From Ranitomeya imitator (lineage: Eukaryota): a DNA stretch of 64,000 bases. Positions within the stretch are counted from its first letter, which is position 1. Every line of letters begins with the position of its first letter. The translations under genes and the position numbers were made by a program. Under the pieces are notes generated by a model, which was not told the origin of the DNA, ran no database searches, and worked only from the letters and a program-made list of their open reading frames with translations. The stretch spans positions 51,274,001 to 51,338,000 of the forward strand of contig NC_091286.1 in NCBI RefSeq assembly GCF_032444005.1, written 5' to 3'. Of the stretch, positions 22,428-35,035 are shown piece after piece.

Positions 22428-22650
22428 CACATTAGGAAATACTTTTTTGACAGTGAGGGTGATCAATGAGTGGAACAGGCTGCCACGAGAGGTGGTGAGT
22501 TCGCCTTCAAATGAATTCTTCAAACCGAGACTGGACAGACATCTGTCTGGGATGATTTAGTGAATCCTGCATTGAGCAGGGGGTTGGACACGATGACCCT
22601 GGAGGTCCCTTCCAACTCTACCATTCTATGATTCTATGATTTTATGATTC
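22428..22650 (+). mobile_element. CR1 LINE 3' end
   Basis: Encodes the CR1 ORF2 C-terminus (FLTVRVINEWNRLPREVV) and ends with ggtcccttccaactc + (ATTCTATG)n tail. Confidence 0.92.
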
Positions 22651-23049
22651 AATAGGATTTTGTGATTTAATGATTTGTTGCAGCAGGTAAAGTCAAATTG
22701 TTGACCCCTTTTGGTGTTCTGGGACTAGAAGGGCATGAACCATTAAATAGGGTTTCTTAGCCCAGGCTAATTTTTGTTAGGCATTGTTTCATGCCAACTC
22801 CTATACATAGTGTTAGACTGGAGTCACACTAGCATTTTGTCATCTGGTGCAAGAGCATCGGATGCAATATGCTAATGACTCTCGGCTCCAGCTCTGCTGC
22901 GAGCATGAGCTGACTGTCAGTGAAATGACATGAGAAAATAATTGCAGCTGTGCACTGACCCATAAAGTAACACTGGTGCAAGTGCAAGCCAATTTTTTAT
23001 CCGATTGCACTCGTCCGATTTATTGGCTCTTGTGAGCGAGCCCTTAAGC

Positions 23050-23240
23050 TTTGTTCGCATGTTTATTATTTGGTCAGTATTTTACACAGTATTTGTAAGC
23101 CAAAACAAAGAATGGGTGAAAAATGCAGAAGTGGTGATGTGTTTCTATTATAGTTGTGCTTTGATTGTTCCACTCCTGATGTTATCTTACAAATACTGAT
23201 GTAAAATACTGACAAACACTAAATGTATAATTATGGCCTT
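23050..23240. mobile_element. MITE with internal inverted repeat (family also at about 38340-38525 and 41790-41965)
   Basis: tggtcagtattttac..cagtatttgtaagccaaaac versus tacaaatactgatgtaaaatactgac; three related copies in the window. Confidence 0.6.
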
Positions 23241-24139
23241 AGGTTTCCGCTCTACTTGTTGGTTCAATCGATCATCATGTGACCGTTCATGTACGATGTG
23301 CATTCTTGGGGTCATGAGCCAACAAGATTTTCTTTTATCTTCACTCAATGAACATCACTGTCCCTTTCCATGCACTGTTGACTTCTGGCTGCTGACAGAG
23401 GTTATAACAGCTGATTGGTGGCAGCACCCGGCGTGGGACCATCACTGATCTGATATTGAAGGCCTACTCTACAAATAGGTCATCAATATATATGTACTGG
23501 AAAACTTCTGTAATAATTTTATCTACCGTATATTTAGATTTTTTTTTATTTTTAGTTGGGTTTCTTGATTAAGGTACCACAGATGTAACCTACTTTAAAC
23601 TCATTTACGTAATAATATGACATGAAAACAGGTGAAGTAAATTACACTGATTATCTTTTAACAATGGCCCTGGTGATATTCTGCTCCATACACTGCATGT
23701 GGTTATAAGGATGGGGTGCCAGATGTGCCTTCCATTAATATGGTATCAATGACCTATCTTATTGGCAAGTCAACTATATATTGGAAATGAATGTACTGGT
23801 TTCCTATTCTTCTATGGTTTGTGTCCTTACGTAAACTTTGGCTCTTATTATAAAGTGTGTTTAATCTCTTGTACCCAGTAGGACACCACCATCTCTGTAT
23901 TGCACCCTTCTCCTGCATTCTAACAAACTGATTTGCTGATTGATGCTCATTGGGTGACTAGTTAAGATTTCCCTGGACTAATCTTCCCTTTCATCATGTA
24001 ATCACGATCCCATGGGCGTTAACTACATGATTTGTAAGAATGTCATCACCACCGGCTTTTTGGAATTCTCTGGCTGACCAAGATCTGTGTTAGTGCTCAA
24101 TACACAAAATACAAAAAGTGTCAATTCTGCTACCCCCTT

Positions 24140-25235
24140 CTGTGCTAGAGATAAGCATCCAGGAAACTTCCAGTGTAGATATCTTTGGTCTGAGAGTGCT
24201 GCACAGAGTATGCACTGATCTCCCGTGTTAGGGATATGTATTCCAGGAAACTTCTATGGTAGACCGTCTTTGGTCTGGGTGTAGTACATGGAGTATGCAC
24301 TGGTCTCCTGTGTTAGAGATAAATATTCCATGAAACTTCTAGGTTAGACCATTTGTGGTCTAGATGTAGTGCAGGGAGTATACACTGGTCTCCTGTGTCA
24401 GATATACATATATATTCCTGTAAACTTCCAGTGTAGACCATCTGTGATCTGGGTGTAGTGCATGGAGTATGCACTGATCTTCTGTGTTAGAGAACAGTAT
24501 TCCAGGAAACTTCCAGGGTAGACCTTCTGTAGTCTTGGTGTAGTGCATGGAGTATGCACTGGTCTCCTGTGTTAGAGATAAATATTCTAGGAAACTTCCA
24601 GGGTAGACCTTCTGTAGTCTTGGTGTAGTGCATGGAGTATGCACTGGTCTTCTGTGTTAGAGAGAAGTATTCCAGGAAACGTCCAGGATAGACCTTCTGT
24701 AGTCTGGGTGTAGTGCATGGATTATGCACTGGTCTTCTGTGTTAGAGAGAAGTATTCCAGGAAACGTCCAGGATAGACCATCTGTAGTCTGGGTGTAGTG
24801 CATGGATTATGCACTGGTCTTCTGTGTTAGAGAGAAGTATTCCAGGAAACGTCCAGGATAGACCATCTGTAGTCTGGGTGTAGTGCATGGATTATGCACT
24901 GGTCTTCTGTGTTAGAGAGAAGTATTCCAGGAAACGTCCAGGATAGACCATCTGTAGTCTGGGTGTAGTGCATGGAGTATGCACTGGTCTCCTGTGTTAG
25001 GGATAAATATTCCAGGAAACTTCCAGGGTAGACTGTCTGTGGTCTGAGTGTAGTGCATGGAGTATGCGCTGGTCTCCTGTGTTAGGGATGAATAATCCAG
25101 GAAACTTCCAGGGTAGACTGTCTGTGGTCTGAGTGTAGTGCATGGAGTATGCGCTGGTCTCCTGTGTTAAAGATAAGTATTCCAGGAAACTTCCAGGGTA
25201 GACCTTTTGTGGTCTGGTTTTGGTGCACAGGGTAT
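24140..25235. repeat. Satellite, 85-bp unit, about 13 copies
   Basis: ttccaggaaac recurs at 24241/24326 and 24670/24755 (period 85). Confidence 0.95.
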
Positions 25236-27459
25236 ACAAAGTCTCCATGGTCCAAAAAGGGATGTTTTCCAACACCAAAGGAAAATCATTAAGACTTAGC
25301 CTTTAATCATATACTGTAGATAAAAATATTGGCAGAATGCGCACATATTAAAAAAAAACTTTAATGCTTTTCTGAGAATGGTTTTATTCAACAATGACTG
25401 AAGGCTCAGTTTTTACTATTTTCCTTTGTTGCTGGATAATAAGCTTGCATGATAAGAGGTAGGATTAGTATGGGGAAATCAATGCCCCACCCTGATTAGT
25501 CACGCAGTGATTCACATAGTGCAAGCACAGGGTTTACAATTCTTTTTGCATTCATTCCACAGCCGCTATTCAGAAAAAAGGGAATTTTTACAATGCAGGA
25601 AAAAGAGTGCAATATAGACATGGTGGCAGTTTAGGGGGGCTATGGCAGCTGATAAAATCCCTTTTAAAGCCATTTTTAGCAGGCTAAGTAAATGAAGTAG
25701 GCATACACCAGTGACTGTAAGAGTTCACAGATGGGAACCTTGCTGATAATGCAGGAATATCAATATTCTCAACTGTTTATCCCGTATTTGATGAAAATAG
25801 TTATGCTGATTTCTTGCTAAGGTGTTAATAAGGTATTCCTTCATGTAGGTGGTATAACCTAGATTCAAACATTTAATGCTATCTTTGGAGACCTTTTTCA
25901 ACAAACCACAAGAATTTGTTAGCAGATTTATATTGTTCCGATCTTCTATTACTCGTAAGTTGCCATTTGACATATTAAGCAAATTTTGTCAACTTCGGTT
26001 AAGGCAATGGTTTTTGTGTAATTTCTCTTTAATATACATCTTCTGATCTTTTTCAGCACATTGCATAATCCGTATACAGACATAGGAGAGGACATACAGT
26101 ATCTTCTGTATGTATATCAGACATTAGTGAGGGCGACTCTCATAATACAAATGAGTTGATTATGCAAGAAATGAGACATTTTATTAATATTAATACAACG
26201 GTATCCTTTAAGATAAATCATCTTCCATTAACTTGCACTGGGATGAAAGGACAGCTTGGTTTTGTGAATCTGTCTTTTGGAAGATTTTATCAGGAGGATT
26301 ATTAAATAAGTTACTGTTTCTCATACATAATCACCATGAATTACACCTTGTCAATTGTTCAAGAAATATTACGTGTTTTATGCAAATATTGCATTGACCC
26401 TCATAATTCGTTCTAAAAAAATAATATATTTTCAGACCCTCGTTACATATTTTTTCAGGTACAGAGAAATGTACAATTAAGTAAAGGGTAAGAAACTGCC
26501 AAATATGCCATAAAAGTTCTAAACTAGATGACGCAATTCTTTCCATTGAATATTAATTCAAATTAACAGCAAGAAGGTTGTACATTAACTTGTGAATTAG
26601 GCACCTAAATAATTGGTTTAGATTGAATTTTATGGGCCATGGTGACACAGTGTAGGACAGGTTTACTAGCCCTGCCAGAGAAAATGGTATTGCGTGCCGT
26701 GCCTATCCTCTATCTTTATAAAACATGTGCTTTTCTACTGTTAATCACATTAATGGTTATAATGGTTGTTATTATTAAAGGCCTTCATATAAATAGGACT
26801 AAAACTGGCCGACCTCATTGATATTGGCGGGATTAGTCAACAGACTATTGTGTATGGGTGCTTTCTACTCTTCTCTGACAGATTGTGTTATGGTAGAGAA
26901 GGATCCATCATGTCAAATTTCCAATGGACAATCCTTTTGTTCTCCGAGAGATAAACCACCGATAAAGGAGTCTAGTAGCGGCTCTTTCAGAGCGAACACA
27001 GGATCGTTCTTGTCTATGGAGGACTTGGGAGAAATGGCTGTTGGCTGATGATCTTTTAGCTGAGAAATATGTAATATTTATGGAAAAATATTTAGAATTG
27101 AGAGTCCTCAGTGGTTGATACCTTTTAATAGCTAAGTGAAAAGATGGTAACAAATTGCAAGCTTTCAAGACTACACAGGTCTCTTCATGAGGCATAGACT
27201 AAAAGAAATTCTGAAGAATCACATATTTATGGAGGGAGGCTAGGGAAAATATCAATTAGAGCTCATGTAAATAGATCCTAGTGGTAAGAAATAGTTAAAA
27301 AAGCTTCAAATGGGGTAAACTCTGCTAATTCTTACTGTAGGGGCCCACTATAATGTGAGAGTCTTAGCCCCCAGTACATTGTTAGACCTATATGAGTATG
27401 ATATGATGTTTCCTGTAGCGAGATCTTCACTTCTTGACTTCATGCTATTCTATGTGTTA

Positions 27460-27870
27460 CTTCTGTGTCTGAAATTCTGTTGTAACCTTGGCCAGATCTG
27501 TGCCTTGCCACATTTCTGTCTCTGAGCTCCTTGGCCAGTTCCTTTGACCTCATGATTCTCATTTGGTCTGACATGAACTGTGAGCTGTGAGGTCTTATAT
27601 AGACAGGTGTGTGCCTTTCCAAATCAAGTCCTATCAGTTCAATTAAACACAGCTGGACTCCAAAGGAGTAGAACCATCTCAAGGAGGATCACAAGGAAAT
27701 GGACAGCATTTACATATGAGTGTCTGAGCAAAGGGTCTGAATACTTATGACCATGGGATATTTCAGTTTTTCTTTTTTAATAAATTTGCAAAAATTACTA
27801 CATTTCTGTTTTTTTCAGTCAAGATGGGGTGCAGAGCGTACATTAATGAGAAAAAAAAAGAACTTTTTTG
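27460..27870 (-). mobile_element. Tc1-like 5' fragment
   Basis: Minus-strand MRSKELAKELRDRNVARHRSGQGYNRIS (N-terminal HTH) plus a typical Tc1 subterminal region. Confidence 0.85.
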
Positions 27871-29403
27871 AACTTACTGTTTTTGACGCTGAGTATTTAT
27901 TCAGTATATAAAACACAGAGTCTTACAGCTCCAGCAAAATACATGGAATTTTCTGTAATCTCATGCCCGCGGCACTTTTTTTTTTTACACTGTTGAAACT
28001 GACTGTTTAAAATCCACAACATGTCAGTTTCTCTGGAGGCACGCTGAATTTTATAAGCGGATTTTCTCCATAGAAATACATTAGACGTGGAAAATCCAAA
28101 GATAAAAAACGCATGTGAAGCCTTTGTCCATTTTCTCTGTAGAAACCACTAACAATATAATCTGCCCATGAGTGTTTCAATAACGTTTTGTCAAAGCCAA
28201 ATACTAGGATACAACAAACATAAAGCAGCTTTTATTTCGAACATGATGACATATCGACAGAAGACAAAAAACGCAGGCTCAAAAACTAGATAAAAACCTA
28301 TCTAAAAAATGCAATAAAAATTGAATGAAAAAACGTAAGTAACCTAATTTATCTAATAGGCGCAGAAAACCTGTAACAATAAAAACTCACCAAATACTCA
28401 TCATGGCAACATAGCCTTAAATAAATGGCATGTAGATTTCTACCGGCTGTATAGAGGACAGGTGAATACTCTTTTGCTACATATCTGTTGAATGGGGGCT
28501 TACGTGTTGACCACAGTGCATGAATGAAAGGCGCACCGAGCCTAACACCTATTCAATAGCTATACAAACATTATTACACCTATATAATGATTTTTATTTC
28601 ATTATTAAGTAGAAAAGCGAAATCCTGCATATTTTACCTGCATTATTACTTTTATTTAAAATCAATTTCAATGTTCCAAGGACTAAAAATCGTTCTAGCG
28701 CAAACTTCAAAGACCCTTCACATAATGTCACTATTAATCCTTCGCAATATGTGACTTTTCTCTATTAAATCTTTGTCATGTAATTTACCTCCTGAAGTTT
28801 AGCTTCCCACAACCGTCTCTACAGTTCATAGTATAATCGAGGATGATTCGCTTTGCCTGAGCTAATCCTCTGATTGCAATAACATTTTATCTCACGCTAC
28901 AAAGCCTTCATATAGGAGAGATCTGAAAATATGATAGCAAAACACATAGAGAACAAGAAAGAGGAGTTCAGGTATCTGCAGCCCCCACCCCGTTCTCTAA
29001 AACAAATTTAAGGGTTATTTCAAATGTGAAATATGTGTCGAAATAAGTGAAATGCTTCAGAAGAACATCAAATACCCATAACAATATAGTTTGAGTTTTT
29101 TTTTTATTTAAAGCCTGAGGTTAATGTACAAGTTTGCAGAGAGAGGAGTAGAACAAGATCTATTGTTGAAAAAATAAAAATACTTTTTCCATGGTCAGGT
29201 TGCCATAGGTTAAACAGGCACAGAATTGTAGAAAAACCCTGGTGATCACGCTTTGGATCTATGTAGAAGCACTGTTTTTGTTATAAATAAAGTCCTCTGG
29301 GTTACAGTTGGTGGCAGCCGGAGGCTTAACTTCTCCTTGTCCCCAACGCAAAATCTAAAATTGGGAAATAAACTTATCAATTGCTAATTATTTTTGTGCT
29401 TAC

Positions 29404-29578
29404 TCAATTGACATTAAGACTCCTTCAGGCACCAGAGATTGCAAGCACATAAAAGCACTGAATCCTCTGTTGTCACCTGCCAGGTGGCATAGGTGGGAAA
29501 AGTAGGACCAGAGGCAAAGTAAAGAACGTTCCCTATATCTGAATCCAGTGGTTGATGTCAGAAATTCTGAAAGCACAG
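29404..29578 (-). CDS. Candidate host-gene exon (best in window)
   Basis: Branch-like ctaat, acceptor tttttttctttag, donor GA|gtaagc; 175 bp open in one frame only: (A)VLSEFLTSTTGFRYRERSLLCLWSYFSHLCHLAGDNRGFSAFMCLQSLVPEGVLMSI. Confidence 0.45.
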
Positions 29579-29655
29579 CTAAAGAAAAAAATACGGTCAC
29601 TCATTAGACAGCCATAGCAGTATAGAATATGTACTTCAGCTTAAAATTGCATTAC

Positions 29656-29700
29656 CTGCTCTTTCTTCCCCCGACTTCTCTTGTAAGCTAATTTGTTCTA
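29656..29700 (-). CDS. Candidate exon upstream of 29404-29578 across a 77-bp intron
   Basis: Acceptor ttttcaccaag (or NAGNAG tag), donor CAG|gtaatg; EQISLQEKSGEERA; ends in phase 1, matching the next exon. Confidence 0.35.
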
Positions 29701-29716
29701 CTTGGTGAAAACTTAA

Positions 29717-30225
29717 AGTGAACCTGTCTGCCTGATTTTGCTATGTAAAGTAAAGACCTGGCTGTAACGGTGTTATAATACAGATTAAATTGATACATAT
29801 GGTGAATAAATCTGCTTTGTAGTTCTATTGTCTCCATTTGAAGTTTTCAGTTAATTATATTTAGGTGCACAGGGGCCGGACTGTGCACTGAGTCTTCTCC
29901 TCCCTGTCTGTGATTCCCTGGCCCCTCCACCTGCCTCTATCCCATAAATTACCTGCCTCCTCTGTTTGAAATCTCAGCAGTGACCTGTCATTCATAGACC
30001 AGAGGCAGGTGGAGGGGCCAAATAATTTCAGACAGGGAGGAAGAGACCCAGTGCACAGTCTGGCCACTGTGCACCAAAATCTAATTATCAGAAAACTTCA
30101 AATGGTGATTACAGTGTAATTACAAAGTGGATTCCTTCACAAAAGATATCCATTGAATCAATATTACATCATCATTACAGCCATGTATTTACTCTATATT
30201 ACAAAATAGGGATGACGGGTTCTCT
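29717..30225. mobile_element. T2/Kolobok-like MITE with long internal inverted repeats
   Basis: TTAA|AGTGAACCTGTC .. GACGGGTTCTCT|GTAA; arms gtgcacaggggccggactgtgcactgagtc and gacccagtgcacagtctggccactgtgcac. Confidence 0.7.
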
Positions 30226-30505
30226 GTAAAGTATTCTGAACCCATCAGATATTTCCAAGCTTCATATGTCTTTCCTTTGCATTAATGTTGTCTCATAGAT
30301 AGAAAGAGAGAAAGTGGTAGAAAGTCAGAGACAAACTGCAGCAGCATTAACCTCCTACTTATATTCTTTTTCTTTTCCTGTGTATTGTGTACTTGAGGGG
30401 ACAACCAAATTCTCAGAGAATTTTCCTAGGCAGATAAAGTGGTAAGGATAGTATTGTGAAAGAATCAGATAGACTGGGCACTCTCATAAGTAGCATAGTA
30501 TAGGT

Positions 30506-30688
30506 CAGAGGTGTCAAACTGCATTCCTCGAAGGCTGCAAACAGGTCATGTTTTCAGGATTTCCTTAGTATTGCACAGGTGATGGAATCATTCTGTGCAG
30601 GTGATTAAATTATCACCTGTGCAATACAAGGAAATCCTGAAAACATGACCTGTTTGCAGCCCTCGAGGAATGCAGTTTGACACCTCTG
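30506..30688. mobile_element. hAT-type palindromic MITE, 183 bp
   Basis: CAGAGGTGTCAAACT..AGTTTGACACCTCTG; perfect 8-bp TSD GTATAGGT; near-perfect foldback. Confidence 0.92.
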
Positions 30689-32257
30689 GTATAGGTAGCG
30701 AAAACTAAGATGGAATAAAAAATGCTCACCTTGTGGTAGGGTTGGTTTTTACATTTGAGAAAGATGCCATTCTGGCATAGAAATGCATTGTATAAAAAAC
30801 ACTTTTTTATTTATTGGTTCAAGGATCTTCATTTTGGTTAGCACAGCCCAAAACCAAACAATCTTTTCCTTCAAGCATCCCGGTGGAGTTCAACCACCAG
30901 AAGCAGCTGTTATTGAGCTTTCATAAAAGTTGTCTACACAACCTGCTCAGGTGAGCACATTACCATGATCTATTATATCTTTTTATAAAGATATCACCCT
31001 ATGGTCTGGCGCACTGTGATTCCCTACAGTTTTTATCTGCCTGTGTGAGCAATGCGCCAAAGCACAGCCGCTGTTCCAATCCGGAATGTCAGATAAGTCC
31101 GGAGAAGAAGATACACATCGAGTAGAAAAAATTGGAGTCTCTGGCGCTGTCCACTGGATTTATTTCAGTATATTTAAAACCAAAGGATGGTAGTTTAAAA
31201 CATTCAAATTAGATTAGGATTGATTGAACAGTTGTGTTTTTATCTAGTAGTTGGATGCTCATCTGGTTCATCATGAAAAAATCAATACTTATTAATAGAG
31301 TTGATTAAAAATGTTTAAAAATGACACGGGTCCAGTAGCCACGTCAGTGGTATTTTGCTTCTGGACTAGTGCACTGAGAGCTTCCTGCTGCCTGTGGTAT
31401 CCCCTTCTCCTCTTCTGATTAGTGAGCCCCCGTGACATCAACCATGCATTATAACATAACATAATGATGTTGTGGAACCAACTAAGAAACAGCAAGATGT
31501 TGGTGATCTACCTGGTAAAACGATAGAATACTCAGCAAATTTTGAGTTACCTTTATTGAAAGTCCACGTTACATAGAACAGAAACTGGTTTTCAGCTCAG
31601 AACAGGAGCTTTCTTTAGGTGACAAAACAGAATTCGTGCCAAGGGCTGTTTAAATGGCCGTATTTTGGAGGTGAAAGCCGATAAGATTGTATACATTTGT
31701 TATAATATGAAAATTATGAAAAAAAAAAACACTTGAAAACACATCAATACATTAGCTTGTAAAGATAACTCAAAATTTGCTGCCTATTGTACCTTTATGC
31801 CAAGTAGCACATTGACACCTTGCTGTTTCTTCTGTTAACGCTTCACCCATTATTTTCTATCTCCTGAGCACCACCTAAGCTATAGATCATCCTACTAATC
31901 AGAAGAGGCACTGAGGATTTTGCACATAACAGCAGTTTTGCAATCTTCTGGGTTTGCTGCCATAGAATACCAACATGACAACTAGACCACGGTCCTATAA
32001 ATCTTTTTGTTCAATTCAGCTTATCAATAATCTTCCATTGTAAAAATTCAGAAAATGGACAGCATGCATGCTCAAATAATTACGGGCTGCATCCAGCAAT
32101 TTCTCTTCTTGCTGGTTCCGGTAGGTCAAAAGCGACTACAAATTTAAAACAAGGGGGACTAGATAGGCATTAGAGCAGATGCTGTTGGAAATCAATTTTC
32201 CTCCTTTTTTTACCATCCCAGGCCATTTTAAAGTTAATTTATTTTCACTAGACTACC

Positions 32258-32895
32258 TGACATGATTTATTTTTGGAGTCATGGCAGCTCTGGTCCTGCT
32301 TTAATTTAAAATTGTTTTTACTTTTGGGTCAGTAAGGGTTAATGTCAGTTTATTTGCTGCAATCTGCTTTGTTGCTGTTCAGCTGATGTGGGTGGTGACC
32401 ACTCCCACCATCCTTTAAATAGTCACATGACACATCAGCTTACTGTTTGTAATAGAGTTTGTCTCTGAAGACCAGCAAGGAGTTTGGGGCTCTCTGATGC
32501 CAGCAGTGTATCCGCTGCTTCTGAGGAGTTCAGGGTCCTAGTTCTGTATTCTCTGCTGTATGGAACTTGGCAGCAGAGGCTGGAGCTAAGTTTCAGTTTT
32601 CCTTTCCTTGTCTGTCTCATGCTTGTCATTATCTCCAGTGTTGATACCATCTGCAGGGGCTAGGGTTAGCATACTTGCTGGCCAGTGCACTAGCCATGGT
32701 ATTGTGAGATGACAGATAGGGACTAGGCACGTGATGGCGCTGGGGGAAGGACCCACATAGGGCATTAGGGGAGCTTAGGGATAGGCACAAGTTGTTGTTA
32801 GGAGTTTCCCCATCCCTCGCTCCCTACTGTTAGGGCCTTCCTCTTCCTTTTTCCATCCCATTGTTTTTGTGTGTTGTGCCGTCCCGAGCATGACA
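32258..32895 (+). mobile_element. Solo LTR, 638 bp
   Basis: TGACATG..CATGACA termini; 5-bp TSD CTACC on both sides; TATA-like tttaaata. Confidence 0.8.
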
Positions 32896-33006
32896 CTACC
32901 TCTTTAAAGTCTTGAGACACAACTGGAAGCAATTAACAAAAGTGAGGATGGGCTAGTAAAACATATGAAACAATGTACAATGTATCCAATGTATCCATAT
33001 ATTTAT

Positions 33007-33034
33007 GATAGACAGATAGATAGATCGATCGATC

Positions 33035-33083
<49 letters not shown>
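33007..33083. repeat. (GATA)n microsatellite
   Basis: Directly visible. Confidence 0.95.
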
Positions 33084-33084
<1 letters not shown>

Positions 33085-34537
33085 ATGACCTAACTTTACC
33101 AAAGATAATTTCTATTTGTACCACTTTACTCTACAGTAACTATATGTATAGAACTAGTATTGAAAAATTCATGGGAAAATATATAGTGATTTTTTACACT
33201 TGGACATAGAAGAAAGCAGTAGTGTTAAAAATGATACATCAAGCTAAAGATTGTGTATCTCTAAGTTATCGACTGCTCTGTAAAGCTGAGGCATTCAGCA
33301 CTGCATTAGCTTTGTTTCCAGGAGTAATGATATGGAATGTGTACCTAGCGTTCTAATTAAAACTTATGGTCATTCATCTATCTAATTGCTACAATGCCCT
33401 CCAGGAAAATTTCATCCCAGCTGTACCATTCTTCTTTTGCCTGACCAAGTTACTCTGAAAGCATGTGGATGTTAGCCAAGATGTGGAATGAATAATGTAC
33501 TGACAATGATATCTTACCAGAAACATCATTATTGGATGAAAAACTGAAGAGGTCAGATAAAGGAGTACTACTTCTTACAGGTCTTGAATGCTAATTTGTG
33601 CTTTCTCTGACTGTACAGAAGATTTATTAAAGTGCAAACTCAGATTATCCGAAAGAGAACAATATTTGTGCTGGGCCCAATGTATAAGTCTAGAAATCAA
33701 ATCATCCATAATAACTGTAGTTCTCAATATAAAATATACTTTTACATGTTATCTTACTCTCTCTACATATTTATGTATTAGAACTGATTTTCTCATATAT
33801 CAGTTCTGAGATTATTATTTGGTAAGTAAATCTAGTGAAATTTCTTAAATGGGAACATTATGATTGGACGATATGCCCATGTGCTTTTTTGTGAAGCCTA
33901 TGAAGAAAAAATATGATTCTTGTACATCATATAAATACGCTAATACTGCAATCAAATAGTACGGAATAGTTTTGAAGCCTATTGCAAATTTTGCATTAGG
34001 GTCCTAAAACTTCCCATTATGCCAATAGCTATGACAATGGAGGTGGAAGAGCATGTGATATTTGAGAGGGGGAATATTACAGATTTTACTCTACTAATGT
34101 AGCAGCAGCTAACATGGCAGCTTTCTCTGCTATTTTTAAAGTGTGTCCATTCCCATTAACTTTTCCCATCACGTTGACTTCTGCAACATCGGTACGACTT
34201 TCATTTGCATTCTCAACGGTCATGCAGCTGGCTCTCATTACTAGAACTTTCAACAGTTGGGAGTTACCCTTCAAAATTTGGGTTTTTTCAATGGACAAAT
34301 ACTTTAACTTCTTTAAGGATACAGAAAAATTACAAAGCTTAGTATATGGTCAGCTGCAATTTACTAAAAGATTAGGGAGACAAAAAGCACAAATAGGGTC
34401 TTATCCTCACATTAAGTGCGTTTTTTTAAAACAGGGAGCTGCTCACCTGATGCTGTAAAGCAAAAGCATGTGCGTATCAGCTGCTGAAGATCCACGTGCC
34501 GCCCACGCGACCTTCTCAGAGACGTGTACAGGATAGT

Positions 34538-34775
34538 TTGTGGATTAAGTCCGCGCTGCCACAATAATAGAGATTCGAATGTAATGAAAAACTCTGGTGG
34601 TTTATTCAATGCGTTTCAAGGTCAATCTGACCTTTTCATCAGGAAAATACCATGTCTTTGTGGTATTTTCCTGATGAAGGGGGCAGACAGACCTTGAAAT
34701 GTGTTGAATAAACCACCAGAGTTTTTCATTACACTCGAATCTGTATTATTGTGGCAGCGCAGACTTAATCAACAA
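34538..34775. repeat. 238-bp palindrome with hammerhead-ribozyme-like cores (Penelope-like terminus)
   Basis: Arms pair to an 8-nt loop (34653-34660); CTGATGA..GAAA at 34671-34699 (+) and 34642-34614 (-). Confidence 0.85.
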
Positions 34776-35035
34776 TTTACTAAAAATGAATCCCCAAAAA
34801 AATGGATTCTGGCAACTGCATTTTCCTGGTAAAATTTGGATTTATTTGATTCTCCGCAAATCGCTCACTCATCTCCATTAGTTAGATAGAACAAATATAG
34901 ATAATGGATAGAAATGAGCTGGGGATTTCTTGCAAGTCAGTGGAGGTAGGCAGGAGAAGAAAGGAGGTAAGGAGCCAAAACTGACTGCAATCAACTCCTG
35001 AGAAATTCTGTTATTTCTTGGTCACATGGGACAAG

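Noticed and set aside
24140-25235. CRISPR-like appearance of this array and of the 44-bp and 114-bp arrays
   Set aside because: Units are contiguous tandem repeats with no unique spacers; no cas genes; eukaryotic context.
26882-27048. Plus-strand terminal-exon candidates here and at 17038-17116
   Set aside because: Good acceptors, but each ends in a stop, they cannot be chained into one gene, and the peptides are unrecognised.
28789-28922. Minus-strand segment with a strong acceptor and donor
   Set aside because: All three frames contain stops between the two sites; only a 27-bp sub-exon would be open.
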